Below are positions 38,181 through 52,752 of a DNA stretch of 64,000 nt, one piece after another. The DNA lies in contig OX597822.1 in assembly GCA_951406725.2 (NCBI GenBank), positions 70,990,001 to 71,054,000 on the forward strand, in the 5' to 3' direction. A model generated the notes under the pieces. That model was not told where the DNA came from and ran no database searches. It worked only from the letters and a program-made list of their open reading frames with translations. Source of the DNA: Octopus vulgaris (taxonomy: Eukaryota). A program made the translations under genes and the position numbers. Each line of letters starts with the position of its first letter. Positions within the stretch are counted from its first letter, which is position 1.

Positions 38181-41100
38181 TTGCTTTGTTCCTTTGAAAT
38201 TTCAAATGATCTTTAATATCTTACTTCTCCCCAGTGTTGTAGAGAACTTTGGAAAATAGTGATCACAAACCCCCTTTTTTTTTTTAGAAAAGAGTAATTC
38301 TTGAGTTATTTCATAAATATATACACTCTTTATGACATTGTAAAAATAAATCAAATTTTTTAAGGAAAATATGTATGAAATATCAAAGTGAAATGAAATA
38401 TGAAATATGTATCACAATTGGTTTATTCTGGGATGTGCCAATATCAGGAGAAATTTACACAGTCAATAACACAGCAAGAAAAACAGTGATGAAATATGCA
38501 GATCAAATTGCTTATTCATGAAACTAGGAAAAATTCATTGTTATTTAATCCCAAAGTCCATGTATGTGTGCACAGAGCAAACAAAAAAAGACAAAAACAA
38601 AAAAAGAACTCATAGAAGGGAAAGTGTATGCTTTCAGAAATGTGTGTGTATATGTATATATGTGAGAAAGTGGAATTAAGTATGATTGTCAAAAATTCGG
38701 CATTTATCCAGCAGTTCTTTGTGGTTTGATAAAGCCACAATAAGAAGTAGAAGAGAAAATAGAGTAAGAGAGATGTCTTGGTCAGTGGTCCGGAGAGATT
38801 TTTTACAGACCCCCTCTCACAATTTTGGTGAAGTGTCTGTGGGACAAGTTGAGTCATTCAAGCTCTGCAATCTGTCTTTATTTCTCATGTAAAGATGTCT
38901 TATATAAGGCCCAATACGGGTTTCAAATTTTGGCACAAAGCCAGAAATTTTGGAGCAAGGGGTAAGCCAATTACATTGACCCCAGTACACAACTGGTACT
39001 TATTTTATAGACCCTGAAAGGACGAATGGCAAAGTTGACCATGGCAGAATTTGAACTCAGAATGTAAAAACACAAAGCGCTTTGTAAATGACAATAAGCA
39101 TTTCATCTGATATGCAAACGTTATCAATTATTAATTATTATCAGTTATTAATGTGCAAACAAGTCAGCTTCTTGCAGTCTGTGAAAATTCCCTGTTGCCA
39201 ATTGATTTTTCTAGGGGCCACCTGCTTTTTCAGTGGTTACCTATTTTCTTTTTGTTTTTTCATCCAAGGGAACAATTCTGAACATTATAGGTTTTGTGTA
39301 TAAGTGAAATAGAAGGTTTTAGTTTCAAATCCTGGTTGACACCAAGATCTGACACTACCATAAAAGAGAGAATTATAGACTAGTAACACAACTAATTTTA
39401 GTCAATCAGATTCCAAACACATCAAAACGTGTGTTTGGCAATATAATGAAGAAGGATTTCAAACACTTTTGGCTTATAAAAGGAACTGTTCTCAGATATT
39501 CCTTCAGAGCTTGTCTTCTGTTGGTTTATTATCATGCTCCCACTTACTCACATTCTCTACTGCTTTCACTTACTTGACTGGTCATTGCTGAAAACTTCAA
39601 AGAACACAAAGAAATGTATACACCATCAACCTTAAACTTTCACTCTCTCAACACTCAAACTAAATAGATAATGAGAATATTTTAGACACAGACATACTTA
39701 CACTATCGCATGCACATTGACAGCAGACACACACATATATATATATTCTTTATCTGAATGGTTTAGTCATTTCTTCATCGATATACTTTCTCTGGTCCAT
39801 TGTTACCAGCTATTAACATTGTTCAATAAAAACATTTATACCTATGGAAATAGCTTTTCTCTTTTTCTCCTTTTGTCCACTTGACTAACACTTAAATTTA
39901 CAATTAAGTTAGTGACCTTTAATCATCTTCACAAATACACACACATAAGCATGAACACACACATACACTTTCTCTCTCTCACTCTCTCTGTTACACACAC
40001 ACACACACACACACACATACACATGCACACACACAATGAGCAACCACATAATCTCTGTCCATCAAATTCTACTCAGATTGGTCAAACTGAAACTAAGGCA
40101 CAAAATACTTACTTGACCAAGATGTTGTGCTTTGGAATCAAATCTGATACCATTGCTTCCCAGCCATGCAGTTTGGGGCTTAGTCTTACTGTATAGCATC
40201 TTGGGCAAGTATCTTCCAATATAGCACCAGGTCTACAAAACTGCTGTAAGCACTAATAATTGCTATGAGTTGCATATTGGAAGAAAGTGTGAGAAGATAC
40301 AGAAGTAGGAATACAGGAGGGAAGTGGGACCATAAAGAAAGCGGGGGGTTTTAACTATGTGTGCTGATAATGGAAATGTAGGTGGAGGATAAGTTGGGTG
40401 TGACAAATATGGAAAAAATAGTTGTGCTGATGCCACTTAAAAAGCAACCAGTTTGCACTGTTAAAGTGGTTGATGTTTGGAAGGGCATCCAGTTGTAAAA
40501 ACCATACCAAAACTGACCTCACCTGTGTTGGTGCCACGTAAACGGTCCTCAGTACACTCTATGGAGTGGTTGGTGTTAGGAAGGGCATTCAGCTGTAAAA
40601 ATACCATGCCAAAACAGACACAGAAGCTTGGCCAACTCTTGTCAAAATGTCCAACCCATGCCAGCATGGAAGGAGGACGTTAAACGATGATGGTGATGAT
40701 AATAATGATGATGATGATGATGATGATGATGAATATTTTGAGAGCACATTGTTATAAATAATATCTTGCAAGATAAAATTTATCAGTGTGTTTGTCCAAA
40801 AAAAGGACCATGGTAAAGAAAATTTTCATACTTTCTGTTGTGCAGAGATTGCAAGTTTTTTTTTAATTACAAATGTATGATTTCCTTTTTTTCAGGGTTT
40901 TCCAGTAAGATAAAAGTGTGTAGACTTATAAGTTCCCAGATATTTGAGATTAGTGAGTGTCTGGTTAGATCTGGTGGGGTTTCTAAACATGGAAACTGAT
41001 GAGGAGAACATCTCCATGAGGGGTATAATCCTCTACCAATACATGTGAAATAAATCCTAAGATGATGTAGTTAGTTATGTTTCTGAGTAATTTGTATCTG

Positions 41101-42514
41101 TACTGTCATTGAAGCAGGTTGGGGATATTTTCAACCACATAGAATTTATGCTTTCCCAGTATCATCATCATCATCGTCGTCATTGTCATCATCATCATTT
41201 AACGTCAGTTTTCCATACAGGTTGAATGGTTTGAGAGGATTTGGGAAGCTGGAGAGCTACACCAGACTTGATTTGTCTGTTTCAGCATAGTTTCTATGGC
41301 TAGATACCCTTCCTAATACCAACCACATTACATAATGTACTGGGTACCTTTTACATAGCACCAACACAGGTACTATTTCCCCCTTGCATGATGGCGAATA
41401 TTCTACGGAGATGATTGCAATTGTTTTCATAAATTAATAGTTTCATGATCAGTGATTCAGTTATACATAAACAATAATTTTCTATGTCAAACTACAAGAA
41501 TCCATTTATATTCTTATTCAGTAGGAACTCCAAGAATTTTCTTCCACAAAGGCGAAAGTAAATACCCTCTAAGATTTCCTATGATATTGTCTAAAGATCA
41601 GATTTCATGAGCTTTATATTCATAAATGATGATTTTGATACAAAATTCAATACATTGTTCTTAAAAGTAAAGGAAGAGGATGTTGCTGGAAGGAATTTTG
41701 TTCAGTTAAAAACATTGAAATTATGATATAATTTTTTGTCCCTTTCAGTTGATTGTCATTAAATGCAAATTATAAAGCATTAACGATTAAATATTTTAAA
41801 TTAAAGCCATAAATTGCTATTCTTTCAAGCATTTAAAGCCTTTATTGATTTAATATTATCAACCAAAGATAACCACACCTAATATATAAAATACAAATTA
41901 TAAAATTAATCTTTAAACTATATTTTCCTTAACATTGATAATTTTTATTATAATCAATATTCAACTTCCCTATCTTTATTAATTGTTAAGGATCTTTATT
42001 TTATGAAAAAATTTCAACATTTTCCCCATAAACTCCATTTTAAATTAGATAGATATTTCCAATCTAATGATTCAACATTTTCTGTTAGATGACGATGATG
42101 ATGATCATGATGATACTGATGAAGATGATGACAATGATGGTGATGATGATGATGCCAATAACACTGTTGCTGTTGCTGATGATGCTGATGATAATGCAAT
42201 TGAAAACTACTAACTTACTAATATATATATGTATCGATTTCATTATTTCCTGTCATTTACCTTATTTCTTTACTTCCACATATATAAATATCATATTTTA
42301 TGTTCTTCAACATTTCCATCACATACTCTCTCCTTTACTTAATTGTCTCACGTCAATGATCTTGACATCTATCTCTTTTCTCTCGCTCTCCTTCTCCATA
42401 CACACACATACCCACACATATCCATACACACACATCACATCCATACACACACATCAGTGTTGTATTCAAAGTAATGCAAAAATAGAATAACTTCTAATAT
42501 GAACTTATACAGGC

Positions 42515-42915
42515 TCTTTTACTCTTTTACTCTTTTACTTGTTTCAGTCATTTGACTGTGGCCATGCTGAAGTACCACATTTAGTCGAGCAAATTGACCC
42601 CATGACTTATTCCTTGTATACCTAGTACTTATTCTATTGGTCCCTTTTGACGAAATGCTAAGTTATGGGGACGTAAACACACCGGCATCGGTTGTCAAGC
42701 GATGTTGGGGGGGGGGACATACATATACACACTCATACATGTAACATATATACGATGGGCTTCTTTCAGTTTCCGTCTACCAAATCCACTCACAAGGCTT
42801 TGGTCGGCCCAAGCTATAGTAGAAGACACTTGCCCAAGGTGCCACGCAGTGGGACTGAACCCAGAACCATGTGGTTGGTAAGCAAGCTACTTACGACACA
42901 GTCACTCCTACGCCT
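42515..42915 (-). mobile_element. SINE family A
   Basis: Reverse complement of family A. Confidence 0.88.
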
Positions 42916-42974
42916 GTTCAAATTGCACATTATTAGCAGAACAGCTCTTTCTTAATAGTAACTCTTCTTCATTG

Positions 42975-43960
42975 CAGGCTAATAATGAGTTCCAAGAATA
43001 TGCAACACACCGTCATTGAGTTCTAGATGAAGGGAGAGGTGCAGGCTGTCTGACATCCACAGAATATTACATGTTGCTTATGGTGATAAAACGATTGACG
43101 ACAGCATTATACACAAATTAGACTTCAGTTTGAAGAAGGGGGAAACCAGCATTGAAGACAAACCAAGCTGTGGGTGAACATCAAGTGCAATCCCTGACAT
43201 AAATTGCTAGTGAGTGAACGAACTGATCTGCATGTACAGATGAACCACAATCCAAGACTTATTGTACAACTTGATTGTGGTTACAATGCAAGGTGGAAGA
43301 TGGTAGAAAACTTTGGGTTTCAGATATTGTGTGTAAAGTGTGTACTTTGCTGAATTGACACTGATTTGAAAGATAGAAGTGTGGAAGTCTGCTCTGATCT
43401 GCTTGAAGCATTTGAAGTCAATGAAGACACAGCTTTTCCTGATCTGGAAGCAAAAGCCAAGTCCATAGAATAGCATGACACCACTCGTTCAAAGCCTAAG
43501 AAGTTTAACAAGAGTTCCAATTGATCTGATCAATGGAACAGCCTACCCATGAAATAAACATGTAAGTGGTTGAATACTTCATTGACACATGTACCCTAAA
43601 CATGGATCTCAAAGAGATTCAGCACGAGACAGAATGTGACAAGGTTGGCCCTTTGAATTGGACGTAGAACTCATTTTTGCCAGCTGAGTGGACTGGAGCA
43701 ATGTGAAATAATGTCTTGCTCAAGGACACAAAGCGCTGCTGAGAACCAAACTCATGACTTTTCGATTATGAGTCAAATACTCAAAACATTAAGCTACGTG
43801 CCTTCATGTGCCTATGTTTAAAAACCAGCCATAGGTAAAGAAAGTCACAGTTATCATCTTTTGCATTACCAGGGAATCGTTCTTGATGATTTTGTGGAGC
43901 ATGGCTGTTCTGAGAACGGTGAGCAGTGCATTCAGGCATTCAGAAAGTTTAGCAAAGCCA
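42975..43960 (+). mobile_element. Decayed mariner relic interrupted by a SINE
   Basis: VIEF..DIHRILHVAYGDKTIDDS..GETSIEDKP; later YQGIVLDDF. Confidence 0.6.
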
Positions 43961-44521
43961 TTAGAAGAGACTGAACAAGAATCTGGAAATAATCCACCTA
44001 CATCATGACAATGCATGACTACACATCTTCGGCTACAAATCTGGAAATCAGCAAATTGTTTGAGACCCAAGATCCAAACTGCAGATGATGAACATGATCT
44101 GCAAATCAACACTGAATATTGTAGGTTTTAGGACACAAGATGTTATATAGGACAGACCAACACAACACTTTCCCATAGTCTTCCCATGCACTTGCTACTG
44201 CACAATATTACATCACACACTTTCATCATTGTGATCATCATCGTTTTCCTTGCTTGTATGGGTAAGATGCTTTGACAGGTGCTGGCCAGCTGGAGTGTTC
44301 TGTTTTGGAATGGTTTCTACAGCTGGATGCCCTTCCTGATGCCAACGACTTTACAATGCTTCAAATGTGGCACCAGCATGGATGCTTTATATGTGACATT
44401 GGCATGGGTGCTTTAAACAAAGCAATGAAATTAGATGATAAAATACTAGAGGAAAATTCTTACATATTCTATGGAATTCCACACAAAAATAGAAGACTAT
44501 TTATGAAAACCACACTCATAT

Positions 44522-44689
44522 AGGTGTAGGAGTTGCTGTGTGGTAAGTAGCTTGCTTATGAACCACTTGATTCCAGGTTCAGTCCTACTGCGTGGCACCT
44601 TGGGCAATTGTCTTCTACTATAGCCTCGGACCAACCAAAGCCTTGTGAGTGGATTTGGTAGACGGAAACTGAAAGAAGCCTGTCGTATA

Positions 44690-44720
<31 letters not shown>

Positions 44721-44965
44721 GTGCGTGTGTGTGTGTGTATGTGTGTGTGTGTGTGTGTGTTTGTGTGTCTGTGTTTGTCCCCCCAACATCGCTTGACAAC
44801 TGATGCTGGTGTGTTTACATCCCCGTATCTTAGCGGTTCAGCAAAAGAGACCAATAGAATAAGCAGTAGGCTTACAAAGAATAAGTCTTGGGGTCGATTT
44901 GCTCGACTAAAGGCAGTGCTCCAGCATGGCCACAGTCAAATGACCGAAACAAGTAAAAGAGTAAA
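44522..44965 (+). mobile_element. SINE family A
   Basis: Same structure as 32617-33070. Confidence 0.9.
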
Positions 44966-45320
44966 GCAATAAAACGTTAGAATAAATGTTCAAACGCAAA
45001 CACATAAAAATTTAATATGTGGATTCTGACATGAAAAAAATAAATTAAGGATCAAAATTTCACCGTGGTAAACAAATCAACATTTGACTGCTGAAGCATA
45101 ATGCTAATGGGCAACCAACAATTTGCAGGAAAGCCTACATGAATTCAATCAGTATATAAGAAATAAGGATTGTTGGTAATGAGACTGTGAAAGCCTAGAA
45201 ACATCAGATGTGTATTTAGGAACTCTATTGTTCCAAACCAACTGCACAAAGCTAATAAGGAAATATGGAATGTATATAATAAAAAATATGAAATTTGAAC
45301 ATAGTTGTGCATTTAACAAA

Positions 45321-45369
<49 letters not shown>

Positions 45370-45469
45370 TGTACATATAATACATCTATAACTATATCTA
45401 CAGAAACACACATGCATATATACATATACATGCATGCATATCTATATTTATATATACACATATATACTC

Positions 45470-45504
<35 letters not shown>

Positions 45505-45848
45505 TATAAGTGTATATATATACATATAATTATATATATATATGCATGTATATATATATATATACATGTAGATATGTATGTACATATATATATATATATA
45601 GATGTATATATTTATATATATATATATTTGTCTATATATTTCTTTGAAGTCTGCTTTTCAAGTAAAAGGAATTTAATTACAGGGGAGTTCAAAAGCTCTT
45701 AGCTAGTGTATGATTTGTTGGTGAAAAAAATATTGACCTCACCGATTGCAGCCCAGTTACAAACAATAATATCACCATCTTTAGTGTAGCTCATGGTAGA
45801 TTGTAACCATACACATGGGTACGTAAACAGTCACAAACATATACATAC

Positions 45849-45896
<48 letters not shown>

Positions 45897-46249
45897 TAAA
45901 GGTGGAACCCCAGCATGACTGCAGCCTTTGGCAGAAATCAGTGAAAATTAAAAAAAAGATGCATGCATGAATATATATATATATATATATATAGATAGGT
46001 AGATAGATATTCACGTGTATAAACACAAAAAACACATATATCCACACAAACACACTCGTGCATACATACACGCACACACACATACACTTATGCAGACACA
46101 TACTCATGCACACACACTCACAAGCACATGAATACACACACATACATGCAAGTTTCTTCCAGCTTCCTTCTATCAAATTCCTTCCCAATATTTATATCAC
46201 AATCCAAACGTATGATGAATATATGTAGACACACATACACACACACACA

Positions 46250-46676
<427 letters not shown>

Positions 46677-46913
46677 TATATATGTGCATATATATATATA
46701 TCATCATCATCATCATCATCATTGTTTAGCGTCCGCTTTCCATGCGAGCGTGGGCTGGACAGTTCAACTGGGGTCTGGGAAGCCAGAAGGCTGCACCAGG
46801 CCTAGTTTGATCTGGCAATGTTTCTATGGCTGGATGCCCTTCCTAACGCCAACCACTCCATGAGTGTAGTGGGTGCTTTTTATGGGTGTGTGTATATATA
46901 TATATATATATAT

Positions 46914-48470
46914 TATACAAATTCATCCTACTGAACAACTATTTCATGTTCGATACAGTTCACTATCGACAAAAATGTGGAATTGCAATGGGAACCTGAG
47001 CTGCTCCAGTGATTGCAAACTTTGTGATGGGTTACCTAGAGCTTAAAATATATCAGTCATCACTACAAAAATATGGCACCTCATTTGATTGCTATTTAAA
47101 GGAGAACTGGAAGAGGTATTAGGACGATTGCTTTATACTTTGGAAAGACAGCATGGACAAACTCCTTGATTTCAAAATAAGGCTTAACAATATTAATAGC
47201 AACATGTAATTCACCATGGAGCACAGCAGTAAACAACTCCCTTTTCTTGACACCCTAATTAAAATAGTCAATAACCACATCGAAACAGACATCTTCTATA
47301 AACCCACAGATTCTAGACAATACCTATTATTCAACTCATGCCACTCCAAACACATAAAAATTAATATACCATATAATTTAGTGAAAAAAATCTGTACCAT
47401 AGTTTCGGACACCTATACTCATGAACGAAGACTCCTTGAACTCAGATCAATACTAATCAAAAGACATTACCCAATATCATTAATAAATGATGGCATTAAA
47501 TGAGCTAAGGAAATAGATATATGAACATTAAGGGAAATCAACCAAAATACTAAACCAGACTTAAAAATACTCCCATACATCTCCACATATAAACCTAGAA
47601 ACAACGAAGCTTTCAACATTATCATCCAAAATCTTCCCATCCTCACCGAAGATAACACAATGAACAAAATTTTAGGCTCACACAAAATTATCAAAAGCAA
47701 AATGCAACCTAAATCATTGAAAAAAATATTAACCAGTGCAAGACTATATCCATTAACAACAGAACCAAAAGTGAAAAAATGTGGTCGACCTAACTGTGGT
47801 ACTTGCCCCCATCTCTTGGAGGGTTCAGAGTTCCACTTTAAACAAGGTGAAATATTTAAGATTAAATAAAATTTCACCTGTGCCTCAGAAAATCTAATCT
47901 ATGCCATTACATGCTTAGGCTGTGGTAATAATTATATTGGCCAAACAGGAATATTACTCCATTGAAGAACTATTCTCCACAAAGAACAAATCTACCACCC
48001 ACAATACAGACAGATACAGGTTAGTGAACATATAGAAAGGTGTGCTAGGAATCTTAATCCTAATTTCCTAATTTTCCCCTTCTATCAATGTTCACAGAAC
48101 ACCTCAGTACAACAAAGAATGAATAAAGAGGCAACTTTCATCAATAAATATTTTCCACAACTCAATATGAACACATAACATAATAGAGAACACTACTAAC
48201 CTTTCAATTAATACCACTAAGCCCTATACATCCCATACACCATTTACATTACAGATCTATATCTACCCTAATTGCACCAAATCCAGAACAACTTACCTCC
48301 CTTACACATAATCTTTTTACTCAGGGACTAGTAGACCTGACACTGTTCAGTAATCGGTGTGCATTCAAAGCAATAATTTGTAAATTCATGAAACCAGTAT
48401 GCTTTTGAATCTCTTTAACAATTCACAATAATGACTTTTATTACTTTTATCCCTACCTAAGTTCATCTAA
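46914..48470 (+). mobile_element. Penelope-like retroelement pseudogene (RT + GIY-YIG)
   Basis: FILLNNYFMF..QKCGIAMGT*AAPVIANFVMGYLE; WKRY*DDCF (disrupted YxDD); LPFLD..FYKPTD; CGRPNCGTCP; ENLIYAITCLGCGNNYIGQTG; multiple stops; coding relic ends ~48178; starts at (TA)n. Confidence 0.92.
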
Positions 48471-48473
48471 TTG

Positions 48474-49349
48474 TTGGTTGAGGAAGGTCATGTGGTTTTG
48501 TGGTTTGATGTTAGTATAACCATATATCAGTGATAACAGTTAGTTGGTGTTGGCTCTGCTGTGAAGAGCTCTCTGCTGGAGTTGGTAGAACTCAGCAGTG
48601 ATGGTTTGGAGCAGATACACTCACTTCAACTGCACACTTCTGATGGGCTTATCAACCCTCTACTCCACACAAGATGTCAAGGATAAGTTCTATGATCAGT
48701 TTCTCGGAAAGTACAAGGTACCCCATATGGTACCACATGTGAACAGGAAATCAACCACATGGTGGACAGGAAATCAATCAGGTTGTTGGAGGGGAGGTGA
48801 GAAGGGGCAGTATGTGTAAGTATATAGTTGGATATGTTGGTGTTGATGCACTTAGACGGTTTTCTGTGCATGTTTATATTGATGCGAGCATGTGCATCTG
48901 CAGATGGGCATGCATGTATATGCCCACACATACACATACACACATATATATATATGTATATATATGAACAGACATGCATATGTGCACACACACATACACA
49001 TGCATGCACACACACATCCATACATGCGTATTCATTCATATGCACAATGCATGTATTTGTATATTTGTATATGTATGTGTGTGTGGGTGTGTGCATGTGC
49101 GCCCATGTACAGATGTGCATGCTTGCATCAATACAGACATGCAAACAAAACCATATGAGCGTGTCCACACACCCACATATCCAACTTGCGCATACTGCCC
49201 CTTCTCACCTTCCTTCCAATAACCTGAACGATTTCCTGTCCACTATGTGGTCGATTTTCTGCTCACCATGTGGTGTTTCCCAACTGTTGTCACTGATATA
49301 TGGTTATATCAACATCAAACCACGACACCATGCGACCTTCCTCGACCAA
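48474..49349. repeat. ~880-bp imperfect palindrome
   Basis: 48474-48545 pairs with 49281-49349; 48730-48945 pairs with ~49070-49277; centre near 49000. Confidence 0.8.
48546..48700 (+). mobile_element. RTE-type AP-endonuclease fragment
   Basis: GVGSAVKSSLL..(frameshift)TLYSTQDVKDKFYDQ resembles the APE GVGFAV..YAPT..KDxFY motifs. Confidence 0.6.
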
Positions 49350-49507
49350 TCAGAGCCCGCCTTACAGTAATAACAATCAACTTCTTTGATTCAAATTCAA
49401 AATGGCTGAAGATTAGCATCATGCTTGAAACTCTCGGAGTACCAATGAATTTGAATCAAACTGTTTTGATCAATACATACATATATACATATACATACAT
49501 ATATATA

Positions 49508-49721
49508 TAACGGGAAGCTTTATGAAAATAGACAAAAGACGAAGGCAGGTGGAAAACAAACAAACAATTGTATTAGTATGGCGCTCAGGAAATATAAATA
49601 AAACAAGTCTTTAACGTTTCGAGCCTACGCTCTTCAACAGAAAGATACACAGAGAGAAAAAAAATACAGAAAGAAGGAGAGAAAAAAAATGCATGCAGTA
49701 ACTAACGAATCAACATGGCGA
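49508..49721 (-). mobile_element. ~200-nt hammerhead-bearing element (CUGUUGA family)
   Basis: Starts GTCGCCATGTTGA on minus strand; (TA)n flanks. Confidence 0.65.
49608..49645 (-). ncRNA. Minimal hammerhead-like motif with CUGUUGA core
   Basis: Minus strand TCTTT-CTGTTGA-A-GAGC-gtag-GCTC-GAAA-CGTT-AAAGA: perfect 5-bp stem I, 4-bp stem II, ACGU palindromic stem III, GUU triplet. Confidence 0.65.
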
Positions 49722-49741
49722 CATATATATATATATATATA

Positions 49742-50082
49742 AAGGGTAAAGACCCCCTTCGGTCATGAATGACCATGGGATTGCACCTAGAAAGTTGCCC
49801 TTCTAGACACAAGTCCGGGCAAGGTTGTTTTTTTTATGGAAGACCAGCAGTCGCCCATGCATACCAGCCTCCCCTCTCCACGCCACCAGTGTTATCCAAG
49901 GGAAAGACAAAGGTCGATACAGCTTGGCACCAGTGACGTCGCAACTCATTTCTACAGCTGAGTGAACTGGAGCAACGTGAAATAAAGTGCCTTGCTCAAG
50001 AACACAACACGCAGCCCGGTCCGGGATTTGAGCTCACAACCTCACGATCGTAAGCTCGACGCTCTAACCACTGAGCCATGCA
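49742..50082 (-). mobile_element. tRNA-derived SINE
   Basis: Minus strand TGGCTCAGTGGTTAGAGCG..GAGCTCAAATCCCG..TTGAGCAAGGCACTTTATTTCAC. Confidence 0.7.
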
Positions 50083-50240
50083 CATATGTACATATATTCA
50101 TATTCAATATGTATGACGTGTGTATACATACATTCAATATATATGATGTGTGTGTGTATATATATATACACACACACATACACAAATAATGTAATGTGGA
50201 GTAATGATAAATGCACAAAAAACCGTAATTGGAATTTTAA

Positions 50241-50436
50241 AGCTTTATATAACATACCTGTGTTTCCCCAAGCCGATTGGCACTATTGTGCAAGTCAATT
50301 GTCATACGGTCTTGGTGTTGAATTAATAGCAAATAAACATTTTTTCTATTGTTAATGCATGAAGATGCATGCCGATTGGCTTGCACAACGAAAGTGCCAA
50401 TCAGATTTTGGAAACATGCAGATGTTTTATATAGCT
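50241..50436. repeat. Foldback/MITE-like inverted repeat
   Basis: 50241-50305 is the imperfect reverse complement of 50369-50436. Confidence 0.75.
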
Positions 50437-50660
50437 TAAAAACCAGTTTGTTTTCATTATTTCTTATTGCTTACGACGTGGCTCAAAGTCCACATGCTAG
50501 CTTATCCTGCAATATGATGGTTATTTTGAAACTACATGGAACATAGGAGTGGAGTGTGAAGCTGTTTACTGAACCAAAAATATCTGGTAATGTCACATGC
50601 TTCCCATCACACTTTTAAGCTGTATAAAATTGAATATTATATAAATATGCTATATAACCA

Positions 50661-50853
50661 GTCACCATGCTTGATCGCTAAGTCCACAAGCTTTTTTACT
50701 CTCTCTTTGTTTATTTTCTCTTATTTCTTTCTGTTGAAGAGCATGGGCTCAAAATGTAAAAGACTTTCTCACTTTCCCGAGCATCAAACTGATATACCTG
50801 CTTGTTTTTCATACACTTGCCTTCGTCTTTTTTCTTTCTGTAACTTTCAACTA
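50661..50853 (+). mobile_element. ~200-nt hammerhead-bearing element (CUGUUGA family)
   Basis: Starts GTCACCATGCTTGA, ends ..TTTCAACTA. Confidence 0.65.
50726..50763 (+). ncRNA. Minimal hammerhead-like motif with CUGUUGA core (decayed)
   Basis: TCTTT-CTGTTGA-A-GAGC-atgg-GCTC-AAAA-TGTA-AAAGA; GAAA->AAAA and CG->TG fit CpG decay. Confidence 0.5.
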
Positions 50854-51047
50854 TGAATATATATTATTGGTGGAGGCATGGTTGTGTGGTAAGATACTTG
50901 CTTCCCAACCACATGGTTCAGGGTTCAGTTCCACTGCACAGCACCTTGAGTAAATGTAATCTACTATGACTTCAGTCAAACCAAAGCTTTGTGAGTGGAT
51001 TTCATAGATAGAAAATGAAAGAAACCTGTCGTATATGTACATATATA

Positions 51048-51436
51048 TACTCTTTTACTTGTTTCAGTCATTTGACTGCAGCCATACTGGAGCACCGTCT
51101 TTAGTTGAACAAATCGACCCCAGGACGTATTCTTTGTAAGCCTAGTACTTATTCCATCGGTCTCTTTTGCTGAACCGCTAAGTTACGGGGACATAAGCAC
51201 ACAAGCATCGGTTGTTAAGCGATATTGGGGGGACAAATACAGACACACAAACACATACACATACATGTATATACATATATACGACTGGCTTCTTTCAGTT
51301 TGTGCCTACCAAATCCACTCACAAGGCTTTGGTTGGCTCGAGGCTATAGTAGAAGACACTTGTCCAAGGTGCCATGCAGTGGGACTGAACCCGGAACCAT
51401 GTGGTTCATAAGCAAGCTACTTACCACAGCCACTCC

Positions 51437-51437
<1 letters not shown>
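51048..51437 (-). mobile_element. SINE family A
   Basis: Reverse complement of family A. Confidence 0.88.
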
Positions 51438-51493
<56 letters not shown>

Positions 51494-51808
51494 GCATGCA
51501 TAAGTTTATGTTTGATGTTGTCCTCCTCACCATTTGACAACTGGTATTAGTGTGTTTATGTCCATGTGAATTGGCAGTTCAGCAAAATAAGACTGATGGA
51601 ATAAATACTAAGGTTAGAAAAAAAAATACTGGTGTTGATTTGTTCAGCTAGAAACTCTTGAAGGCCACAGACGTGGCCACAGATGGAAACAATGTAAAAG
51701 AACAAAAGGATATATATATATGATAAATAAGCAAGTATTAATCTAATCTACTTCCTCTCTCTCTTCCATTCTCTCTCTGTCTCTGTCTCTCGTTCTCTCT
51801 CACTCACA

Positions 51809-51841
<33 letters not shown>

Positions 51842-52292
51842 GTATATAGAAGACAAAGGATGATAGTGATTTCAGAATTTCAGATTCCAGTTCAGTGATC
51901 TTCGTAACACTGATGTTTTCGTTTTTTAAAGCCTTTTTAACAGTTTTTGGTTCATTGTGTGAATAGAGCATAGTAGTTATAAAATAGGAATAACTTAATA
52001 GTGTACTTTTGTGTCTTATGAAGAAATATTTTTATGATTAGTTTAAACAGATATGCAGAAATATAAATTATATAAAATGAAAACTGAAAAAAACTTTATA
52101 GCTTCATTATGTCAATCGAGAAAAAGCTTCGAAGTCACTGTCAAGCTTTTATTTGTAAAAGTATATCTGATATTCTATTTAAATATATTGTGTGTGCTTT
52201 AAATAAATATTTGACTGTTTTTATACATATATCAATACATATAGAAACAAATATTAATATATCTTACTCTCTGGTCTTCGTGTTGATGTGTA

Positions 52293-52372
<80 letters not shown>

Positions 52373-52637
52373 TATATATATATAAGTATAGACATATATA
52401 TATATATAAGTATAGATAAGTATGTATAAGTATAGATATATATATATATCACTGCCATACATAAGTATATAGATATATGCAAACACAGTGATATAGACAC
52501 ACTTACATAAAGACGCAAATGCATAAATATAAATATATAGTTTATACATATATATGCACACATATGTATTTATACAATATATATGCATGTATAAATACAC
52601 ATGTGAGTGTGTATATAAATATATATATATATACATG

Positions 52638-52683
<46 letters not shown>

Positions 52684-52720
52684 GGTATATGTATGTATAT
52701 ATACACATGTGTATACATAC

Positions 52721-52752
<32 letters not shown>

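Noticed and set aside
40996-41020. CTGATGA-GGAGA-aca-TCTCC hammerhead half
   Set aside because: Followed by ATGA rather than GAAA, with no stem I or III
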